A DNA stretch of 64,000 bases, taken from positions 1,233 to 65,232 of the forward strand of contig SVSB01000006.1 in the NCBI GenBank assembly GCA_015064505.1, read 5' to 3'. This document shows, piece by piece, positions 58,291-64,000 of the stretch. Under the pieces are notes generated by a model. The model was given only the letters and a program-made list of their open reading frames with translations, ran no database searches and was not told the DNA's origin. The stretch comes from Oscillospiraceae bacterium (GTDB lineage Bacteria; Bacillota; Clostridia; Oscillospirales; CAG-272). Position numbers and translations under genes: made by a program. Every line of letters begins with the position of its first letter. The stretch's first letter is position 1.

Positions 58291-61200
58291 TTTGCTTTGC
58301 GTTTTTTCACGATCACGAAAACGGCAACTGCAACAACGACAATCACCGCCGCAGCCGCACATATTATAACCGTCGCATTCCCGTCGGAAGCATCTCCGGG
58401 AATAACGGGATCGACCGCAACAGGTGCGTTCTCATCAACGGTCAGCGTAAACGTGCCGCCAAGACCGTTAAAGGCGTAATTGCCGGAAAGGGTAGCCTTT
58501 ACGGTGTAAGTTCCGTCCTCGGTGGGAAGTCCGTCCGTGAAGTCGGTGCCGTTTGCGGAATAGCTGTAAGCTATATCACCGTAGCTTTCATCATAGCTCT
58601 TACCGCCGTAAACCTTGATATCAAGCTTTCCTTCTTCCGCTTTTCTGACGGTATAACCCTCGTCAACTCCAAGGAAGTTGCCGTCCCAGTTATCAAATCC
58701 GCCTATCTTCTTAAAGAGGGGCGTGCCGTTGAGCATTACCTCAAAGGCGGTGCTGAGGGGTGAAGGAGAATAATTCTGACCCACGTGGAAGCCGTCGGAA
58801 TCAACGGTGTAAGGCTCCATAAAGCAGTAACGGTATCCCGAGGTATCGGGGCCGAAGTACGCGTGGTACAGAAGGTAATCCGTCTTTCCGTCCGGGGAGG
58901 TCATAAGGTTAGGACCGCCAACGCCGCAAAGCTCACTGTTCTTCTTGAATATGGACTCCGGCTTCTTCTCCCAATTATTGATATCGAAAAGATCTCCGCC
59001 CTTAAAGGTCATCTGACCCAGGTTATATCCCGGAGTCCAGTATCCGCTTGAAGCATAAACCACGAACAGCTCGTTGTTTTCACTGACGATGGGCGTAAGT
59101 CCCTCTATAACCGCAGGGTACCATATTCCCTGCGCGGAGCTGTAGCCGTAGCCCTCGCGCTCTCGGGGGAGCTCGGGAATTATAAGATCAAGGATGGGTC
59201 CCGTAAGAGTCCAAGGATTCTTCATTTCCGCAAGGCGCGCGATCTGCATAAAGCCGTCCGTGCCTCTGCCCCTCTGCTCAACCCAAAGGGAATAGACCTT
59301 TCCGTTGTAGCGGAATACGGACTGACCCGCCGTCCATTCGGCAAAGTTAACGTCCTTATCCGTCTCGTGCACGAGTCTGACGGGGATGTTTTCCTCGCCC
59401 GTTTCGGGGTTTACCCAAACTCCCTGAAGATCGTTTGTTTTGCTCTTCATCAGATAACTGCGTCTGTTCTCTCCGTCCACGTATCCGCTGTCGCTTACAG
59501 AGGGCTTATAGGTCGAGAAGAGATGGTAATACCCCTCGTATTCGGGTCCGAAATCATCTGCGGAGAAATACTGCAGCTCCGTTGGCCAGATGTTCTCATC
59601 TCTTCCCTCAAGCGCCGCGGAAACGGCGGGGTCCTTTGCGTTCCACACTCTCTCGGGTGCGGAATAACCAAGATCGGGAAGATTTGCCGCCTTATAGACC
59701 GCAAGGGCGGAGCCCGTGGTATATACGTAATAATACATACCGTCAACCAGTATGGCTCTGGGGTCTGCCGCTCTGTCTATGGGGTTCGTATAGGTTATGG
59801 TACCCTTCAGTTCAGATGAGATATCAATATTCTCACCAACGGTAATTTTGGATTCCGCGTTACCGCCGAAGAGCTCGTCGCCGTCTATATCCGTGAGGTG
59901 ACCGTAATCACCGCCGTTGACCGCAACGTTGAATTTTCCGTTCACAACGCAGGTACGTGCTGTTGCAACGGCAACCTTGCAGTAGAAGGTACCGCCGTTC
60001 AGAGTGATATTTATCGTACCGCTGAAGCTCTCTCCCTCCGCAGATGCGGATGAACCGAACGCACCTGCATAAAGCGTACCGCCGTTTACGGTAAGGCTGG
60101 CGCTTCCCTGCTGTTCTCCGCGTCCTGCGGCAATTACCTGTCCGTAGAATTCACCGCCGCTTATCACGGTCTCAAACTTTACTCCGTTATGCTTGGTGCG
60201 CAGAGAGTTTCCGCCCATCACCGTATTCCACTTGCCGCTGTTTACGGCAAGAGAGGAGCCGTAGGCATCAGAGCCCTCGGAGCCCGCCAAAAGATTGGGG
60301 TAGAGGCTGACCGAAGCAAGGCAGGAGGACTGAATTCCCTCTCCGATCACCGCATCGTATCCGTTAAAGATGAAATAAACGCTGTCTGCCGCGGCTTCTA
60401 TAGCCAAATTTTCAAGCTTTACGTCACAGTTGAAGGAAAGGTCTGCACCGAGGGAGAGCTTTGCCGCGCCCACGTTTACGTAATTCACACCGTCATAAAC
60501 GGAGGTCACGGTGATAACTCCCTTGGATTTTGGTAAATGGGTGTCGTCTGCAACCGTAACGTTACCAACAATCACCACTGTTCCGCCGCCGTCGCCCAAA
60601 AGGGCAAACGCATCGGAAAGGGAGCCCACAGCCATTGCAGCAGAGCTTCCGTTGCCCGTTGCGCCGTCCTTTACGAATACAACGCGCTCCACCTCTCCGC
60701 CGCCGAATACACCGCGGAGCTTTTCTACGGTCTTTTCGTCCGTATTTTCGGGATCGTATTTAAAGTGCTTTTCTCCGTTTATGCCGTTAAGAACGGTTTC
60801 CCCTATATTACCGCCGCTGTATCGCAGAACCACTGCACCTGAAACACGGGCGTATTCTATGGCGTTTACCGTACCACCGGAAACGTCTATGCTTGCAGAG
60901 CCTGCAGAGCCGCCCTTTCCTGCGGTTATTATCTTGTTAACGGTACCGCCGCTTACGGCAACGGTCACGCTCTCCGTAACGCCCTTGCCGCTTGTTGAGC
61001 CGTACACGGTCTTTACGTTACCGCCCGAAACGGAAATGCTTGCGCTCTTGTAGGTAACGCCGTTATCTCCGCCACCGATGCCGCAGACCTCGTTAAAGGA
61101 TCCGCTTTCGATGATTATCTCGCCGGTCGCACCCGCCTTGATGGCACCGGAGCGCTTTCCGCCGTAAGCATTGAAGCTGCCCTTCGTATCAAAGCCCTTG

Positions 61201-63602
61201 CCAAAGGTAAGCCTGTTGCCGTTTGCGTAAAAATCGCCCGCGCCCTTCAGGGTAAGCTTTTCAAAGCCCGTGTTGCCCGCAAGCTCGTACGCACCGTTCA
61301 GGGTAAGGGTGCTTCCGTCAACGCCCTTGATAAGGATCGCGCCGCTATGCTTCGGCTCCTTGAAATCGCTTATTCCGTAGTCGCCCATCAGCACCACGTT
61401 TCCGCCGCCGTCGGCAATTATATTCATTGCCTTTTCAAGATCTCCCGTGGGACTTTCCTCGGTCTTACCGTCACCGCTTGCGCCCTGCTTTACGAATACG
61501 GTACCGAAGGTGGTCACGTCCGTGAAGAAGTAGAAACGGGATACCCAATCCGCATTGTAGTATACGGAGTTATATGCAAGCTTTATCTTACTTCCCGCCG
61601 CAAGCTGCTTTATTGCGTCGCTTCCGTAGGTATTGGTTATATTTATTACCTTTGCGGTATTAAGAGTGAGGGTAGTATCTCCCAAGGTGTTATTGAGAAT
61701 AACCGCCGAGATCGTACCGCCGTTAAGGATCAGATCCGCATCACCGTCAAGACGGCGGGTCTGGTCGCCTGCGGCGTAAAGCTCACCTATCTGACCGCCG
61801 TTTATTTCAATAACGGTACTGCCGGAATAGTGATTATAATTTGAAGCACCGTAAAGCTGCTCGATCTGACCGCCGTTTACGGTTATGTAGGAAGTACCCG
61901 TAAAGGTATAGGTTGTAATTCCCTTAACGTGAGTAAAGCCTATTACTTTTTTGAAGCTTCCTCCGTCTATGGTTACGTGGGAATCGAGATCTGCCGCGTA
62001 CGCGTTTGTCTCAGGAGCAAAATAACCGCCGATGGCGTAAAGAAATCTCGTTGTGCCCTTCGTGTGCTTTGCGCTGAAGCCCGCACCGAACTTAACTTCA
62101 TTAAAGCACGCCGCAAGATAAACGTCAGTTACGTCCGAGGTAATGACCACGTTATCAAAGGTGGTGTCACCGCCAAGGCAATAGGTGCTCTTCTTCGGAA
62201 AGTGAAGAGCGGCGCCGATAGTACGGTAATCCTTGCCGCCGTATACGGAGGTGATAACTATGGGTTTAAAGGTGGTGGGAGCCGTGTATCTGGGTATACC
62301 GTCAACGTCAACCATGCCCTCGCCCATTACGTATCTATCCATAACGACAACGTTACCGCCCGAATATTTCAGATACTCAACTGCCTTCGTAAGCGTCTTG
62401 AAGGGTGCACTTTCCGTACCTTCGTTCGTGTCCTTGCCTCTGCTTGCGCTAAGGAAAACGGTCTGTGGCTCAACCTCTTCCTCCGTGATCTCTATTTTGG
62501 AAAGATCCGCAAAGAATACGAGATCGGAAACCTTAAGGCTCTTATAATCCTTGTAGCTCTCCGTTTCCTTTGCGCCGTTAAAGCTCTTTGCAAAGCTCTC
62601 GGTAAAGGTCTCGGAATTATAGAACACTTTTTTAATACTGAATTGAGAGAGATACGTTATTTCTTCATTTGCGTAGGTAACGGAGCATTTGCCCGTTATC
62701 TTACCGCCGTCAAGAACTATTGCGGCATTACCCACCACGTTGTTTACGTTGAGGGTGCCGATATTTCCGCCGCCCATAAATATGAGGGCAGAGCCGTTAA
62801 GCCTGCGGGTGGAATCTCCGCCTGCGTAAAGCTCGCCGATACTTCCGCCCGTCATAATAAATTCAAGACTGCCGCTGTAATGATTTACAGCCGAGGCACC
62901 GTAAACGCGGTCGATATCTCCTCCGTTCACGGTAATATGAGCAGTACCCGAGAACGTGTACGTTCCTTTACCCGTATACAGGGAAAAGCCGATAACGCGC
63001 TTAAAGCTACCGCTGTTTACCGTTACACGGGGATCAAGCTTTGCATCCATATTCATATTCTGCGGTGCAAAGTAACCGCCGACGGCGTAAAGGAATTTAT
63101 CCGTACTCTTTGCGCCCACGGAAACGAATCCGCTTGCAAAGGTCAGCTCGTTGAAATTAGCAACGATATAGACCTCTTCTCCGGTGCTTGAAAGAGTAAG
63201 CTTGTCAAAGACCGTATCTCCACCGAGGGAGAATGCGGTTTTTTGGCTAAACGCAAGCTCTGCTCCGTCTTGGCGCCAGTCCTTACCGCCGTATACGGAA
63301 GTAAAGGTCACCTTGCCGTTATATTTCGGCGCGGTATAAACGGGCACCTCGGAAACGAGCACCGTTTTATCGGCAAACTCGTATCTGTCAGTGATAACGA
63401 CGGTACCCCCGTCCTTAAGTGCCTCAAGTGCCTTCGTGACGGTCTTAAACGGAGCGCTTTCCGTTCCGCTTGCGCTGTCGCTTCCCTTTGAGGCGCTGAC
63501 GAACACCACCTCTTCATCTGCCGATACGGCAAAAGAAAGAGCGGCAAGGGCAAGCACCAATATAAAAAGCAACGCAAAAATTCTGTTTTTCTTCAACAGC
63601 AT
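58287..63602 (-). CDS. 1,771-aa membrane-anchored surface protein: four copies of an unnamed ~270-350-aa module, a GH43-like beta-propeller region, an Ig-like region and a C-terminal TM anchor
   Basis: It has a signal peptide. The modules lie at nt 62463-63509, 61503-62462, 60687-61502 and 59838-60686. The GH43-like signature NPIDRAADPRAILVDGMYYYVYTT starts near nt 59795. The tail is VIICAAAAVIVVVAVAVFVIVKKRKAK. Confidence 0.8.
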   Translation of the reverse strand: MLLKKNRIFALLFILVLALAALSFAVSADEEVVFVSASKGSDSASGTESAPFKTVTKALEALKDGGTVVITDRYEFADKTVLVSEVPVYTAPKYNGKVTFTSVYGGKDWRQDGAELAFSQKTAFSLGGDTVFDKLTLSSTGEEVYIVANFNELTFASGFVSVGAKSTDKFLYAVGGYFAPQNMNMDAKLDPRVTVNSGSFKRVIGFSLYTGKGTYTFSGTAHITVNGGDIDRVYGASAVNHYSGSLEFIMTGGSIGELYAGGDSTRRLNGSALIFMGGGNIGTLNVNNVVGNAAIVLDGGKITGKCSVTYANEEITYLSQFSIKKVFYNSETFTESFAKSFNGAKETESYKDYKSLKVSDLVFFADLSKIEITEEEVEPQTVFLSASRGKDTNEGTESAPFKTLTKAVEYLKYSGGNVVVMDRYVMGEGMVDVDGIPRYTAPTTFKPIVITSVYGGKDYRTIGAALHFPKKSTYCLGGDTTFDNVVITSDVTDVYLAACFNEVKFGAGFSAKHTKGTTRFLYAIGGYFAPETNAYAADLDSHVTIDGGSFKKVIGFTHVKGITTYTFTGTSYITVNGGQIEQLYGASNYNHYSGSTVIEINGGQIGELYAAGDQTRRLDGDADLILNGGTISAVILNNTLGDTTLTLNTAKVINITNTYGSDAIKQLAAGSKIKLAYNSVYYNADWVSRFYFFTDVTTFGTVFVKQGASGDGKTEESPTGDLEKAMNIIADGGGNVVLMGDYGISDFKEPKHSGAILIKGVDGSTLTLNGAYELAGNTGFEKLTLKGAGDFYANGNRLTFGKGFDTKGSFNAYGGKRSGAIKAGATGEIIIESGSFNEVCGIGGGDNGVTYKSASISVSGGNVKTVYGSTSGKGVTESVTVAVSGGTVNKIITAGKGGSAGSASIDVSGGTVNAIEYARVSGAVVLRYSGGNIGETVLNGINGEKHFKYDPENTDEKTVEKLRGVFGGGEVERVVFVKDGATGNGSSAAMAVGSLSDAFALLGDGGGTVVIVGNVTVADDTHLPKSKGVITVTSVYDGVNYVNVGAAKLSLGADLSFNCDVKLENLAIEAAADSVYFIFNGYDAVIGEGIQSSCLASVSLYPNLLAGSEGSDAYGSSLAVNSGKWNTVMGGNSLRTKHNGVKFETVISGGEFYGQVIAAGRGEQQGSASLTVNGGTLYAGAFGSSASAEGESFSGTINITLNGGTFYCKVAVATARTCVVNGKFNVAVNGGDYGHLTDIDGDELFGGNAESKITVGENIDISSELKGTITYTNPIDRAADPRAILVDGMYYYVYTTGSALAVYKAANLPDLGYSAPERVWNAKDPAVSAALEGRDENIWPTELQYFSADDFGPEYEGYYHLFSTYKPSVSDSGYVDGENRRSYLMKSKTNDLQGVWVNPETGEENIPVRLVHETDKDVNFAEWTAGQSVFRYNGKVYSLWVEQRGRGTDGFMQIARLAEMKNPWTLTGPILDLIIPELPREREGYGYSSAQGIWYPAVIEGLTPIVSENNELFVVYASSGYWTPGYNLGQMTFKGGDLFDINNWEKKPESIFKKNSELCGVGGPNLMTSPDGKTDYLLYHAYFGPDTSGYRYCFMEPYTVDSDGFHVGQNYSPSPLSTAFEVMLNGTPLFKKIGGFDNWDGNFLGVDEGYTVRKAEEGKLDIKVYGGKSYDESYGDIAYSYSANGTDFTDGLPTEDGTYTVKATLSGNYAFNGLGGTFTLTVDENAPVAVDPVIPGDASDGNATVIICAAAAVIVVVAVAVFVIVKKRKAK

Positions 63603-63626
63603 TTAAAGATCCTTTCTGCAGTAAAG

Positions 63627-64000
63627 CTATACCTTCAGCTTTACGGGCTTGGACGTGTTTTTCGCCACAAGGCTGACGTATCGTTCCGAGTCTTCTCTTG
63701 ACGGAACGGGGAATTCGGTAGCGTCAAGCCCCACCTTGGGATATTTGGGATTACCCGCTCTGTGATAGGGCAGTATCTCCACGGAGCAGACGGCAGAATT
63801 CTCATCTGCAATTCTGCCAACGGCGGCAAAATGCTCTTCTCTGTCATTTACCGTGGGAATAACGGGAACGCGCAGTATAACACGCGCCCCCACGGCGGAA
63901 AGCAAAGAAAGATTCTTAAGTATCAGGCTGTTATCGGCGCCCGTAAACTCTCTGTGCCTTTCTCCGTCCGTTTCCTTGATATCGTAAAGGAAAAAATCCG
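63627..64000 (-). CDS. second glycyl-radical enzyme activating protein, C-terminal part (5-prime end outside the window)
   Basis: The reading frame stays open to the window edge. Manual translation gives DFFLYDIKETDGERHREFTGADNSLILKNLSLLSAVGARVILRVPVIPTVND...ILPYHRAGNPKY. This is colinear with the C-terminal half of the activase at 54188-55075. Confidence 0.75.
   Translation of the reverse strand, partial: DFFLYDIKETDGERHREFTGADNSLILKNLSLLSAVGARVILRVPVIPTVNDREEHFAAVGRIADENSAVCSVEILPYHRAGNPKYPKVGLDATEFPVPSREDSERYVSLVAKNTSKPVKLKV

Noticed and set aside
59367-63606. Multiple plus-strand ORFs (for example 61929-63191, 420 aa; 60511-61053; 61347-61844)
   Set aside because: All are antisense to the uninterrupted 1,771-aa surface-protein gene, and their periodicity merely reflects the repeated modules on the sense strand.
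1-64000. Search for mobile elements, prophage remnants, toxin-antitoxin pairs, restriction-modification or other known defence systems
   Set aside because: I recognised no transposase, integrase, recombinase, phage structural, methyltransferase or nuclease-type defence gene in any frame. I saw no terminal inverted repeats or tRNA-linked boundaries. The accessory character of 33.5-64 kb rests on gene content only.

Overview
All family assignments below were made by eye from the translations and from remembered motifs. No database search was run. The window looks like chromosomal DNA from an anaerobic Firmicute of the class Clostridia, possibly Oscillospiraceae/Ruminococcaceae-like. That placement is an inference from a type-A RNase P RNA, a T-box leader, a dockerin module, Pro/Thr-linker and GLUG surface proteins, and glycyl-radical enzymes.

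I recognised no rRNA, tRNA, CRISPR array, transposase, integrase or phage gene.

**1-33.4 kb: mostly core genes**
- A partial ilvA lies behind an Ile-type T-box, followed by a QueG-like reductase and addB-addA.
- A DUF5685 / J-domain / membrane-protein operon follows.
- An AraC-controlled Gfo/Idh/MocA - ThuA - TIM-barrel - Gfo/Idh/MocA sugar-oxidation cluster comes next.
- Then tadA, a CPBP protease and an orphan MsmK-type ATPase.
- A long minus-strand string runs MBOAT-DHHW-recG-rarA-lipid kinase-rsuA.
- A MacB/FtsX-type ABC pair, a GTP-dependent PEP carboxykinase and a LytTR + DUF3021 pair close this half.

**33.5-64 kb: accessory and rich in cell-surface genes**
- A BlaI repressor is translationally coupled to a 1,899-aa M56 (BlaR1-type) protease. 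Its sensor is replaced by about 1,500 aa of triplicated LRR-containing ectodomain.
- An ABC exporter with an extra N-terminal domain sits with a DUF1854 protein and the c-di-AMP receptor DarA.
- A dockerin-bearing GH73-like muramidase and rnpB follow.
- An SGNH esterase carries a (TEPPV)n linker.
- Two GLUG-repeat paralogues are present, and a well-supported unannotated 47-codon ORF follows the first of them.
- A five-gene operon encodes a divergent glycyl-radical enzyme, its activase, an orphan solute-binding lipoprotein, a GLUG surface protein and an SDR, with a divergent AraC regulator.
- A 1,771-aa membrane-anchored protein has four copies of an unnamed ~300-aa module plus a GH43-like domain. 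It lies directly downstream of a second glycyl-radical activase that is cut by the window edge.

**Best candidates for something undescribed**
1. The giant BlaI/BlaR1-like sensor.
2. The duplicated arrangement of a glycyl-radical system followed by a giant surface protein.
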